Part shown: one piece after another, positions 38,265 through 50,201 of the stretch
Numbering within the stretch: position 1 is the first letter of the stretch
Layout of the letters: every line of letters begins with the position of its first letter
Assembly (NCBI GenBank): GCA_973895155.1
Contig: OZ316892.1
Span: 6,376,847 to 6,440,846 of the forward strand
DNA: 64,000 nt
Direction of reading: 5' to 3'
Source: Marsupella aquatica
Taxonomy: Eukaryota; Plantae; Marchantiophyta
Made by a program: the position numbers and the translations under genes
The notes under the pieces: model-generated
Database searches by the model: none
What the model saw: only the letters and a program-made list of their open reading frames with translations
What the model was told of the DNA's origin: nothing

Positions 38265-39620
38265 CTACAGTGGTATATCCAGCCCTTTGCCAACGTCCAC
38301 TCCAATCAATTGCAAGATTCCCTTATGTGCGAACTGCAGACTCAAATAACGTAAAGTGAGGAAGCAGGCACATACAGAGTACCACTTTTTGCTAAAATAG
38401 GAAGAAACCGTTGGCACCTGAACTATAGCAAAAGCAAACTTGAAGGAATATGCAGCACCAGGGCGGATATTTTTAAAGAGAGTGCAGCAATCAGTACACA
38501 TGCACAATACTTCATGAAGACGATACAGACAATCAGTAGAAGAGAATATCTGTAGATCGACAACAACCGAACGATTTACCCGCCTTCGCAATCAAATCAA
38601 AAGGGGGGACCTAACCAGATTGCAACATTAATTGCCAGGAGAGCACAGAAGACTCAAATTTAGCATGTACAAAAAACTTTTCGGATAACTCTTACCTTCC
38701 GATTCACTTCTAATTCATGAGAACAGAAATTTATATTCTTAAGACCATGAATGGATTATTGACTTGCGAGCACTTCAAATATAACCACACTACAGACAAA
38801 GACGTCAGACCAGCTAAGGAGAAGGAACTCACAAATTCCAAAGCGACGAGAGCGAATATTCCAATCATGGCAGCTCTCGAATTCCAAACCTCTGCCTTTT
38901 CAGTGAAGCCCCAAAGCGAAACTGGCAGCTTCGGTTCCACTATTGGTGCTTCAACCTACAATGAAAGATACGCAAGTTTCTAGTCAGATCGTTACACTCG
39001 ACAGAAGAAAAACAGTTGCACGGCGGGTCACAGGTCGCAACAAAACCGCCATGACACTACCAAAACGGACACGAACAAGAAAGAAGAGCAAACCAGAGAC
39101 GAAAACTCACCCCTGCAGGAAGCTTGGCAGCACGGACAACAAGCGAACGAGGCCTCGAGGAGATACTCTTCCTGTTTGGATTCTCAAACCATCAGCAAAT
39201 TGGTCCGTTATTATCCCAAGGCCATGGAAATCCAAACACAAGCTGATGAGTTTTGGAGACAGACTTGGCAACAGCATTTCAGCCCACGACTAGCACACTA
39301 GAACATCAAGCAGAGAGCTTCGCCATGGCGGGGCTTTCCGTGGAAACAACATGATTCTCTCACCACTCGCCTGGGTGAGCTCAATCCGCACAATCATGAA
39401 TCGGGAAAGACACGAGACGGAAAGATTGACAAGAAGAGCAACGGAGAACGTACATGGACTGGCGACTCCTGCTGACCAAGATCTTGGGAGCACCATTCCT
39501 CTGCAAAGGTGAAATCTGAGCAACGCCACTCTGCCTTGTTGGGTTGCTTCCTCTGGCTCGAAGCAGACAGCAATCGGATGGTGCGGGCACTGCAGCAACA
39601 GCAACAGCAATGTTCGCCAT
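38265..39620 (-). CDS. OHP1: One-helix protein 1 (HLIP/LHC-like, plastid), ~139 aa; exons 39620-39454, 39171-39111, 38955-38833, 38333-38265
   Basis: Transit-peptide-like N-terminus, then VVRAAKLPAG|VEAP..WGFTEKAEVWNSRAAMIG..EF|FAHKGILQLIGVDVGKGLDIPL*. This includes the LHC ExxNxR motif and the OHP1-type C-terminus. Splice phases are consistent. Confidence 0.92.
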
Positions 39621-41700
39621 GTCGTCAAATTGGGCTTCGTCTTCTGCAGCTGCTCGCTTATGTGAAGCTAAGGGCACCTGGTCGACCATTAAGGCTCAAA
39701 ATGCCTCATTCTCCGAGAAAAGGGGTCGGTGGTAGGGGATAAATGGGGAGATGTGAGGGAATTCCAATCATTGTAGTATCATAACTTAGGATGAGAGAAA
39801 CTAAAAAGGCAAGCTTTGCAATTCTTCTTAGTTTTAGTGTCTTATAATGATATGTCCTCCCTTAGTGACTTGTAATGGAGGAATATATAAGAATTCTTTT
39901 ATGCGCAAGTCTGGAGCCTCGACTCGGCTTGGGATATTCATACAAGAGTTCTATATATTACCTTAACAACTTGACATCATTTATTTACTATGCAAAAATT
40001 TTTCAAAGGATAGAGAAACCCATGTGCTTAGGCTTGGAGCCTTGGCTCAGTCTGTGATATTTCACATGTGTGTCACGATTTCCCTGAAAATATTTTTGCT
40101 TTATAAAGAAATGATTGTTAAGTTATACATATTCTATAACTTAGGATGAAGTAGGGATGTAAGCAAGTATGAGAGATCGAGAAACGATGGTGCGTAATCT
40201 TGGAGTCTCAGCTCAGGTTGTGGTAATTCATCAAAGTGTCCTACTCTATTATACTTGTTACAACCAAACATGAAAGGAATAAAAATACTAGTGATAAAGT
40301 TTAGGGACATCAAAATGTTGTGAAATGTGTTTGTTCTTGGGTTTTCATGGTATGTGCTATATGATGTGTGGCATACAATAAATATTTATTTTGTACTGTT
40401 GTATTTATGTACGTTCAGTGTGCGTTGGAGGGGAGATGACACTGTCATTTTATTGATGGTAGACACTGCAGAGTTTGAATTCTGCATATACATCTTTCTT
40501 TACAATGATTTCTTCCGATGACAATGAGTCCGTGAATCTGGATATCATTCCACTATCCCTAGGCATGGAGCAAATCATTCGCGAGAGCATGGTGCAAAAT
40601 TTTCTACAGTGTGGAAATATTTTGAACAATGTGATGCGCCTTTAACATCTAATGATGTGAACCGTATCTATCAAAAATGCAAGTTTTGTAAAATATATAG
40701 TACTTTTCATGCAACACGAGCCAAAGCACATTTGATGGGAAACATCATCAAAGGGAATGCACCACCATGCCTAGGCCTATATGGTCATGTGGAGTTGGAT
40801 GAAATCAACAGAATGTATGTCACGTCGTCAGCCTAGGCCTTAACCCGGGCTTCGGCTTAGACAGGCACATCCTTCGTAAATATGATGGTTCGGGTAGGGA
40901 GGGAAGCCCGGAATGCACCTAACTCACGTAAACTAGCGCTAAGTGCGTCTACTATTATTTACAGACACCTCCTAGGTATGGTTTGTGTTCCGCCGCCGGA
41001 AAGTACCTTAGTCGATAGCGAGATCGACCCCAACTTACGGGCTTTTAAGCCTTCGTACTGTCCGCCTTCGATCCGGATTTGATGCTACGGTCACTCAACC
41101 CGGGCTTGCAACTACTTACCCACAAGCTGCACCCCGTGATGGCTCAAGTAGTGCGTTCGGCCAAGTGTTGGCACCCATACACGAGATTCACACATATGCA
41201 AGCATACAATCTCGATTTACACGAAGGAAATAATGGGAAAGGATTTTACTACATAGGGGACATACACGTACACTTAGTTGACCCGAAAGCTCTTGAATGA
41301 ATAGGTCCAAGGCCGAGGGTGTACACTACAACGGAGCCCGGCTCCACACTCGCCCAACAAGCTTAGTCCTACCCCCTCCCCTTGGTACTCTTTCACTCGC
41401 AGAGGTCGGGACTCCCCGCACATACCGGGATGCCCCACTTTGAGACTAACAAACCCCCTGCCTCTACCGAGGGGTGCACTAAATACTGAGAGCTGAGGAC
41501 CGGAGTGGCCTCGTGCCCAAAGATTTGCTAACTAAGATCCTAACTAAGCTGGCTGTCAGGCCGGAAAACAGCTTGTCTTATTAGAAGATTCTAATCTACG
41601 CAGGCTGGACAACATGGCAGTGCCGCTTTAACTAGGGCAGGCTCTTGTCCCTATAGCCTGTTTTAGCTATTCCTAACTCTATTTTAATCCTACTCTGTCG

Positions 41701-43790
41701 CTAATGCCTGGCACATTTGCCAGAGCTGCCTGAGTGGGAGCGACTATCCCGTTGCCTCCTGAGCCTGTCGGCATCCTGCTTGAGTAGCTGGACCTGGTCC
41801 AACAGAGATTTGTTCTCCCGCTTTGCCGCGTCCGCCTCTTCCGCGGCCTCCTGGCATGCCTCCTCCAGTTGCTGGGCGTCGCTCGTCAGCTTATCCACCA
41901 ATTGGGCCTGCTTCGTGGCTTCTCCTTGAAGCCGCGCCACCTCTATCTTCAAGGTGTCAATCTTGGCTATGTCTCGTTGAGACCGAGAGTCAGCTTCCTC
42001 CAAATCCTTCTGCCAAATGATGGTTGTCCCTTCAAACCATCGATCTTGGTCCGAAGCCGTGCAATCTTGGCGTCCTTTCCAAGCCCGGCCTGTTCTACTA
42101 AGGCTGCCCGGGCCCTGGCCTCGGCAACCTGGTCCTCCGTGGCCGTTACTTGAGGCCGCAGTTGTTGGAGTTCAGCCTCCAGGGTTGCCACTTCATCCTT
42201 TAGGTAGGCAGACTCAACCCGGTATCGCTCTATTCTCTGCGTTGTCTCCGCCTGCACATGTCCTACCTTTACAGCCGCAACCAACTCCTAGTTGAAGAAG
42301 TAGGCCACCTTCCGGGCCATGTATTCCCCGGTGTCCCGTGAGATCTGTTGAGAGAAATCTCCCAACAACCCGTTCAAAAACGTGCCCGGCGCAAAGAGTT
42401 CTGGATGGTCTAGACTATGTCCATCTGGATTTGGGCACGGGCAAACTCCAACCCGTGCGGGAGTAGGAGTGGAAACATCCAGCCCTTGAGGTAAGTCGGT
42501 CGAAGGGGTTGGTTCCACTGGAGTTGGACGGTTCTCCTGCACAACTGCAGGGGGGGTGGCAAAATCTCCTCGGCTACTCGGGGGTCTCACTATATGGGGA
42601 CCTCCCCATCGCCTGCGACGTTTTGAGGCCTGGGACCCCCTAAAATGTAAGAAAAAAATATTATTTTTTAACCCCTATAAAGTTGGAATATTCTTGGAAT
42701 ATTCTAAAAATTGGATTAAAAAGACCCTAATGTTCTTAGAAGTCTCAAAATTGAATTTAAAAGACCCTATTGTTCTTCTACAAAAATTCTTAAGTCTTCC
42801 CTTAGAACCAATAAAATGACCTATCCTTCGTCGCACGTGATATGCCATTTTTGTGGAAGTGAAACCCCCGAGCTCGGCTACCGTGATATCTGGTTCGGGT
42901 ATGGCTTTATCCGGCCCGACTTCAATTGTGTTGACCCGATTGATCGCATCTAAGGTTGCGATAATGTCCATGGGTATGCTTGGCGGGGCGACAACAGTGG
43001 GTTGCGGGTCAAAACGAGCTTACCACTCGATGATGATTTCGATGTGGCTAGCGAAGTACCCCTTTTTGCCAAGGTATAAAGTTTTTCTTCTCCGCACCAT
43101 ATCCTTGTGGAACTTCTTGACGAAGAAGGACGCCCACTTCCTGGGCCGATAGTTCTCCACCTGGATGACCTGGGCGGCCGATATTTTGCCTCTGGGTTCC
43201 ATCATGTGGAGGGCATACCGCTAGAACTCCAGGCGTTCTGCCACTTCTGGGATGTGGCACGTCCTCATCAAGAATCTATTATCCATTGCTCCCTCGGTCG
43301 GGAAGCTAGAAGACTGGTATTTAGCTCCCTTTCCCCCAGGAGCCCGCGACTCTACCCGGTTTATCCCCTTGGGTAGGCCGAAAATCATCTTCAAACGTGC
43401 CTCATTGAGACACATCACTCTCCCGTGCACTCGGGTTTGTTGACGGGCCTCGTCAAAGTTCTGAATGAACTCTGTCATATCCTGCCCGTAGTACCTGCTT
43501 CCGTTCCAAGGGAGAGAGGCGAGGTGCTCAAACCCTTGGGTCTTCAGATAGCATGCATGCTTGGGGTGGAGGATGTTCTTGTGAACATTATCCCCCATGC
43601 GATGCATGGTCAGCTTGGCTACCGCAACCGTGGCCAAAGGCAACCCAGATACGGTTGCGGGTTCCTTCCTCTTCCTTCCCTGGGACTGATTCTCGGGGTG
43701 ACTGGAAAAGGGGGACAATTCCCCATCCTCCTTATCTGGTGGCGGTAGTGCTACCGCCGTGAGTATTGGCTCCGGGGCCGCTAGAGTCAC
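41701..43790 (-). pseudogene. Disrupted accessory gene inside the solo LTR: plant-retrotransposon accessory domain (Transposase_32/PMD-like) + Pro-rich linker + coiled coil
   Basis: Successive minus-strand ORFs 43790-43221, 43205-43020, 42971-42821, 42590-42288, 42284-41967 and 42003-41701 are separated by single stops, frameshifts and one intron-like gap. Motif GFEHLASLPW..MTEFIQNF..RVHGRVMCLNEARLKMIFGLP; heptad-rich C-terminus (VATLEAELQQL..IDTLKIEVARLQ..LTSDAQQLEE). Confidence 0.6.
42640..42820 (-). repeat. ~180-bp AT-rich intron-like element (copy A; homologous to 27102-27280)
   Basis: Abrupt AT-rich block within GC-rich coding sequence. The minus strand reads GATAG|GTCATT...TTTTTTTCTTACATTTTAG|GGGG. 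Confidence 0.7.
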
Positions 43791-43961
43791 CGTGTTATCC
43801 CCTCAGGTTTGCTGGAGTGGCGTCGGATTGTTCGGAAACTATAGAGTCGTACCCCGCGGCCGTCTATTCAGAGGGGGGTGAGCCTCCTCGTCTTTGGAGC
43901 TAATATTCACCGTATTCACCACGGATCATACTCGGAGAGGTGGTGCGACCAGTGGCAGGGA

Positions 43962-44420
43962 TCAGCTCGGCTGAGGCCGAGGGGGTGTGGGTGCGGGTAC
44001 GGCCATAGGCGGGCCGGCACCGGTCGTTGATGGTGTAGTTGCCATGAAGTTCTGCAGGTGCCGGTGGAGGTTTTCCGAAGCAAGTGTAGACGCCCTTGTA
44101 GATTGGGTAGTGCTGGACTTGTTGTTGATGATATCCCAAACCCAAGCGGGGATGTGGTCAAAGTGGTGCCGCTGTAAGTCTATTGTGCCCGGGATATTGA
44201 AGACCTCGTCCGGAAGCCGAAGCAGTGCCTCCCAGAGGCCGATGTATTTTCCCCCGTCGAAGAAGTACCTTGATATTTCTTTGGGTCGGTAAAGCTTGCT
44301 CTGGGATGGGTAATCAAAGTTAAGGAGATAGTGATGGTGGCCTGCTAGGCGGATGGCTCTCTCATGCTCGCGTTCAATCTTGTATCGTCGCGGGTTGGCA
44401 TGTTTCAACGAGTCGGCCAA
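43962..44420 (-). CDS. Unknown ~150-aa ORF just downstream of the solo-LTR TATA box (5' end probably frameshifted)
   Basis: Protein-like open frame (HYLLNFDYPSQSKLYRPKEISRYFFDGGKYIGLWEALLRLP..HIPAWVWDII). Family not recognised. Confidence 0.4.
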   Translation of the reverse strand: MADSLKHANPRRYKIEREHERAIRLAGHHHYLLNFDYPSQSKLYRPKEISRYFFDGGKYIGLWEALLRLPDEVFNIPGTIDLQRHHFDHIPAWVWDIINNKSSTTQSTRASTLASENLHRHLQNFMATTPSTTGAGPPMAVPAPTPPRPQPS

Positions 44421-44585
44421 GTGCCCTCCGATATCTGAACTGCGTCCACAATCGTATGGCCAAACTAGAATGGATTGTGTGCGACATTCAGAGGAGATAG
44501 AAGGTGACTAAGGATAAGCAAGAGAACTGGGGTCGAAGCTGGCGCGTGGACTGAAGAATTGGCGCACTGCAAAGGTTTGGCCCCC

Positions 44586-44592
44586 TTTTATA
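44586..44592 (-). promoter_or_regulatory. TATA box of the putative LTR promoter
   Basis: TATAAAAGGGGG on the minus strand ~350 bp inside the element end, oriented toward the internal ORFs. Confidence 0.6.
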
Positions 44593-46726
44593 CCCTGAGA
44601 GCTCGTCGGTCGCCCGACGCCTCCTTGTCGCTTATAGGCCGAGCCTTTCACGCTTGTAGTGTACCAGCCACTCCATTGATCCGGGTCAGCGCGTGTCAGT
44701 GGCCGCCTCCAAGTTTGTTATACGGACCCGAGAGGGAGGGGGGAAAGGCGCCCATTACATGCTTGTAGCCCGGGCGTGCGAACGGCGACCTGCCGCCAGC
44801 CCAAACATGAACGTCCCTTATTGACTAATGATTTCCTACTCATAATGGCTACCTAAATTATGATCTAAGATACCCCTACCGCGCGTGCTAAGCGTGGTTA
44901 GGCCAAATCACTTATTAGCCACTATACCGGCGGCGTCACAATGTACAATGTCATCAAACTTCTATCAAACATCAACTACAAACGAAGGGATGGAACCCAT
45001 ATCTTGCGGGATGTAAAGGGTCACAGGCCAAAGATTGGAACTTCCAATTCACAAGCATCCACACGAGAGTCAAACCATTATCAAATGGAGAATGAGTCAA
45101 GTACAACTCATATGGCTAGGGCAGGAAGTCTTTCAAACTCAATTATGGATGCTTATCAAATTTCACATAGAGCGTATTTGGACAAGCTTTGGGCAAAAGC
45201 TTTCTACACAAGTGGTATTGCATTCAATGTTTCACAGAATCCTTATTTTTGAGAAGCAGTACATGAGACTTCAAAAGGTATTGTAAATGGGTATTCTCTT
45301 CCCATTATGCGGAATTTGCAAGTGAAGTTGTTGGAGGAAGCCAAGGAAGATCTTACAAAAGACATCACCAAAACCATGAAGGAAACAAAACCTTTTGGTT
45401 ATTCTTTTTCATCAGATGGATGGGAAAACAGCCGTAGAGAACCTTTGATGAATGTGAGTTGTTATCTTCCAAAGGAGATTTTTTCATAGATAGTTGGAAT
45501 GTTGCGCAAGCAGATAGAAAAGATGGAAAATATCTTGGAAAAATATGGCTACAATATATTGATGAAATTGGGCCAGAACACATTCTACAAATAGTCACTG
45601 ATGGTGCATCTGAAAATCGTGTAGCAGGTTGTGACATAGTGATGAAAAAATATCCACATGTCACTTGGAGTTGGTGTGCTGCCCACGTGTTCAATTTGTT
45701 GCTAGAAGACGTGTGCGGTCATAAGAATGTAGTGCTAGATGAGAGCAGACAAAATCCATTCAAAAACATTTTTAAACACTTGAGATGGATAGTAAAAGCA
45801 GTTTCATCGTCCCAAAAGCTCTCCGCAATATTTGTGAGAAAATCTGCTTACAAAAAAGTACTAAATCCAAATGCAACAAGATTTGCAACAATTTTTCTCA
45901 TGGCGCAAAGAGCATTGGAGCTTAGAGGAGCTCTGCAACAAATAGTCATTGATGATAAATGGGAGTCTTATCATGATAGTCTTATCGTCAAATAGGCACA
46001 TGACGAGGGCCAAGGCAGAAGAATTCAAAGCGTGGATACAATAAGATAAATTTTGGGCTGATGTGAAGGCTACAGTGAACTTTTTTCTTCCGTTGGTGAA
46101 GATGCTTCACGAATTTGATGGTGCTTCACCCCAATCAGCCTGGTTGTATTGGAGTTTGAAAAGAAGGATTAGTGATTTGAAGGCAAACATGGAGGAATGT
46201 CCATTGGTAACAAAGTTCTTGAAGCCAAGGATATTAAAAGTGTACATGGATCGAAGAGCATCTCTTACCACTGATTTTATGCTAGTTGCAACATATATCA
46301 ATCCTTAACTATTTTTTGATGAAGACCTAGATGTTGCTAGAGGTGGAGAATTGTGTCAAGGTTTCAATGAGTACATTGCCCGATATGCAAAACACAAGGT
46401 GAAAGAAGGGATCAACCATGATTGTGAGGTTAATGCACTCATTTATGCCATACAATTGCAAGCAATTGATGCACAAAAGAAATTACCAAACACAACAGTA
46501 ACCATGAGAGGAGCCCAATCAAGTATAGGTGAAGTAAGTCCAGGAGAGTGGTGACATTCATACGGTGCTGATTACCCAGATTTAAGAGTTATGGCTAGAA
46601 AAATTTGTCACCAAAAAATGTGTGCGTCAGCGTGTGAAAGAAACTGGAGTTCGTATGGATTTATTCATTCTACAAGTTGCAATAGATTGACAAATGATCG
46701 AGCAAAGGATTTAGTATTTGGTCAAT

Positions 46727-47661
46727 TGCAAGATTGAGGGGGGCAAAAGGACGCAAAAAGAATTAGCTCAAAAATGAGAGAAAAATTACTCAAAGATCAT
46801 CAAGATTTAGTTGAACACCACTTTCATAAAGGTTGGACACACTTCCAAAATTATTGTGCACACTTCCAGTAAGATTGGGACTTCCTAAAAGCCTGGACAC
46901 ACTTCCAAATACTTGGCATGCAAGATCTCATCATCCAATCTCAACAAACTAATCCTAGCCATTTAGTGTAACACCTTTTCCTTTTGGTGGTGTCACACCA
47001 TTCTGAGTAGTGTAGTAGTATATTGTGCTATTAGAGTATGTACGTTTGGTATGAGTGCTATTGGAGCCGATAAGGTTCCGTCAGGTTTGTGTGAGAGGGT
47101 ACTTATCACTTGTGAGGCATTGAAAGGTCATCTTTCAATGTTGAGCCTTGGAGAGAGAGGAGCTTGAGTGGCTATGGTGGTTGTGAGCTCCGCTTGTGTA
47201 ACGTGGATTCCTTGAGTAGTGCAAGGTGCGTTGGCTTGACATACGTGTGTGATCGGATTGGTGCGGGATCGATGGGGTATTGTTGACCGGGATCGTTGTG
47301 CCGATTGTATTGAGATTACATTGAAAGATCATGAGCTTCAAACTCTGTTGTGCGGACAGAAGCTCAGTCTGAGTTTGTCGTTGACGATGACGGTTCGTGG
47401 TAGCTCGAATTAATTGGATTTGTGTTTGACGCGGATTCATGTTTCTTGAATCGTTGGTTCTATTGTTTGAGTACTCTGTTGCTATTCGATCTGGTTTTGG
47501 CCAAGCTTGAACGTTGTTGGATCTGGATCTGGTCTAGATCTGGATCTGGATTGAGTCGGAGTCTAGATCTGGAAAGAGATGGCCGAAGGTTGCTACTTGT
47601 ATCGCACTGCTATTTTATGGACAGATCTGTTGGAATTTTGAGTGCTCGCAGCGTTTTATTG
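46727..47661 (+). mobile_element. Probable LTR-retrotransposon fragment (LTR ~46727-47320 plus leader) truncating the hAT transposase
   Basis: hAT homology stops right after DLVF, where TGCAAG begins. ...GATTACA at 47320 is followed by a degenerate PBS-like ..ATCATGAGC. Internal short repeats TGGACACACTTCCAAA. Boundaries are tentative. Confidence 0.35.
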
Positions 47662-47844
47662 TCAAGGGACGCTCACGAAATGTCCCAGAACCGTGCGCGA
47701 CAAGTTTGTAGGGGTTGAGAGCCATCGACATTGCCATTTTTGTGAAGGAAATCGTTGCTTTCGAGTGGCAAATGTTGTCATTTCTGAGCCCGACGACTTT
47801 TGTTTTGTACACACACACAACTATGCGCGCATAAGGTGACGCGT

Positions 47845-48011
47845 GAGGTCACCCATCCCGAAAGTGCTCCAACCGCGAGCGCGAAGTCACCCATCGCGAG
47901 CGCAAGCAGGAAAGAGGTCGAGGTCACCCATCCCGGGGCTATTCCGGGTCGTGAGCGCGAGGGGAGGCACAAGGTCGAGCGCGAGGAGGTCACCCATCCC
48001 GGGGCTATTCC
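47845..48011 (+). repeat. Array of four GARGTCACCCATCSCG motifs
   Basis: Copies at 47845, 47883, 47920 and 47986. The last two share a perfect 26-mer GAGGTCACCCATCCCGGGGCTATTCC. Confidence 0.9.
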
Positions 48012-48042
48012 CAACCGCAAGCGCTTAAACCACAGCTGCCAG

Positions 48043-48165
48043 TATAAAAGGGCCCTTGGTCTGCCCGCCTAGTCATTCTTTGCTGCCCGGATGCACAGTG
48101 ATCCCGGGTGAACAGCTCCTTCGGCCCGGCAACTTTTCCGCTTTCCTCTCCAACGCCAGGTGAGT
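48043..48165 (+). promoter_or_regulatory. TATA/Inr promoter and first non-coding exon, probably of the KolX-like gene
   Basis: TATAAAAG at 48043, Inr-like TCATTC 30 bp downstream (48073) and a strong donor CAG|GTGAGT at 48160. Confidence 0.5.
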
Positions 48166-50201
48166 GAAACGCATGCATGACTTTGCAAGTGACAAAGCCT
48201 ATGTGTGTGACTGCCCCATCTCTCCTTTGCGCACTGACATAGCTGTGCGTCGCTGTCCAGCCTTTCCACTCGTTTTGGATCAGTCAAAGTTACTTTTCGG
48301 ATTGGTATTGTTGACGACATTGGCTTTGGTGTTTACTTTGCATTGGAACTCGTCCCACTTGGTGTCATCGCTGGGGATTGTTATCAAGTACATGTGAATT
48401 CAATAGACTACTTTTGGTTCCTTCAACGGCTGCTGAATTGCAGTTTTCACCGACAGCAATCAGCATTCCTTCACTTCCACAAGTTTGTACTTCGCAATTT
48501 TTACTCGATTTGAACCAGACCCGATTTGAAGCAGAAGCATCATCTCACCTCTGTTTTACATTCACCTTCTTGTCATAGAGTAGCTTACTTCGGCCAGAAT
48601 TTCATTGGCAAATTTCTGTGGAGCTGTTGTGATCGTTTCTAATCTGGGTGAGTGATCATGGTTTGTGTCGCCTCCAATCTGTAGTCTGCCTCGATCATCC
48701 TTTGAGTCCTCAATTGAGTCAGGGTAGGAGGCAGTAGTCTAAGATACCTGATCCCCGGACATTTCCAGCTTTTTTGTCTGTCTTTTTTTCTCTCGATCGA
48801 TGTTGGGCAGAATCACGCTCACTTGGAGTATATTGTTGAACGGACCTCAGTCTTTCAGTAGTCCTCTTTTGTACAGCACAAGCGATAAGCGATAAGCGAT
48901 AAGGCACAACGACAAGCGATAAGGGATAAGCGCAATAAGGTGGAAATCCGGTGTTGGGCTTGTGCAGCTTCGCCCCGTTTAGGCCGATCACTATCACTAT
49001 CTCACCCTAGCTAATTACTAATTGGAATGGCAACTCGGAGAAGGAATTATTGTAGCAACTTTATCATACACATTGAAACAGCGAAAGACACAAAGACGAT
49101 GACATCGCGATATAGAAGGACATTTCAATTTGCTGGTGACATCAGCCCTATTGGCAGTGCTAGCTTGCTACCTGACGGATCAATTCTTCACGACCTCTAC
49201 CTCCACCGTTCCACTACTCCCTTCTCCTTTGTCGCTCTGCTGTTGCTGCTAAAGTTCTCCATCATCGACCAGCTAGCTACGTCCTTATCCAATGCTTTCC
49301 ATCGGAACATACTTACACCGGACATTTCATTGTTGCGTGGTGTGCATATGCAACTAGCTAGTAAGGTCAATTGTGCTTGTAATTGTGATGTGCAAATATT
49401 AATTTCTGCAACTCTGTAGCTCTCTAAAAGCGAAAACAACTTCGACGTCACTCACTAATTCCTTTGCCTCAATAATGTCGAGCCTTCGTAAGAAAGTCCA
49501 AGGTGTCATCCAGTATCGACACAACTCCTTTACCATGTTTTCAGTACCCGGTCACGACACAACTCCTTTACCATGTAATTAGTATGGGAGTCACCATGCA
49601 TGTCATCAGTCCCGTAGTCAAATTGACCATGTAGTCAGTATGCTTGTCAAGATCATGTTGGGAAGCCGAGCCCTTTTTGTTGGATATCATTCTTACATTC
49701 ATCATACTGATTTCTCCAAAGGTACTTTCTTTCAAGTACTGAGAGACGTGAAGCTAGAGAAAAGAGGAGGAAGGACAACCGGCCTTATCTGCCACGAATT
49801 CAGGTTCTTCACCCAAGTCACTCCATGGTACCCCGTGAAGTGGTCTCCATTTATCATAATGGAGTTTGAGTTCCACTATAGAGAGTCATTGTGACCGATT
49901 CCATGTTCAAATATTTTATTTTTCAAAGTACTTTGCTTTTGTCAGACTTCTTTACTTGCAAATGGAAGAAGATGGAACCAGGATCGTTGCTTTGGTCATG
50001 GCTTGCAATCAACATGTCAAAAAAGATTGGCGTTACTGGACAGTTCCTTTTATGAAGCCTTCACAACAATTGTTCATAGTTGGCAACAGACATAAGAGTT
50101 GTGATGTTTTGAGGTAATTGTTTTCACCCTCCATTGTTCTTATGTCATTCCACATCTTGGCTTTGACTAACATCTACCTTTCTTATGGCAGTCCTAGAAG
50201 A

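Larger units (their letters stand above)
40818..44940 (-). mobile_element. 4,123-bp TG...CA insertion with 5-bp TSD, most likely a very long Ty3/gypsy solo LTR
   Basis: TSD ATGTA at 40813-40817 and 44941-44945. The termini TGTCACGTCGTC and GGCGGCGTCACA form an imperfect inverted repeat (9/12). No internal LTR pair, gag or RT was seen. Confidence 0.85.
40561..46726 (+). pseudogene. Decayed hAT transposase (zf-BED + DUF659 + hAT dimerisation domain), split by the 40818-44940 insertion
   Basis: VWKYF..CKFC..AKAHL..C (BED finger), SSDGW, EIGPEHILQIVTDGASEN, WSWCAAHVFNLLLED, PNATRFATIF, W*HSYG..YPDL..MARKI..ASACERNWSSYGFIHS..NRL..RAKDLVF. It has several stops and frameshifts. Removing the insertion and one TSD restores the frame (EINRMY|NVIKLL). 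TIRs were not identified. Confidence 0.9.

Noticed and set aside
40152-40162. TAGGGATGTAA, similar to Ac-type hAT TIRs
   Set aside because: No partner TIR or 8-bp TSD in the window to confirm it.
44806-44825. CATGAACGTCCCTTATTGAC resembling the reverse complement of the candidate Kolobok left end
   Set aside because: It lies upstream, faces outward and sits inside the solo LTR, so it cannot be the partner TIR.
47845-48011. Repeat-spacer pattern resembling a CRISPR array
   Set aside because: Spacing is irregular, only two copies are identical, the context is eukaryotic and there are no cas genes.
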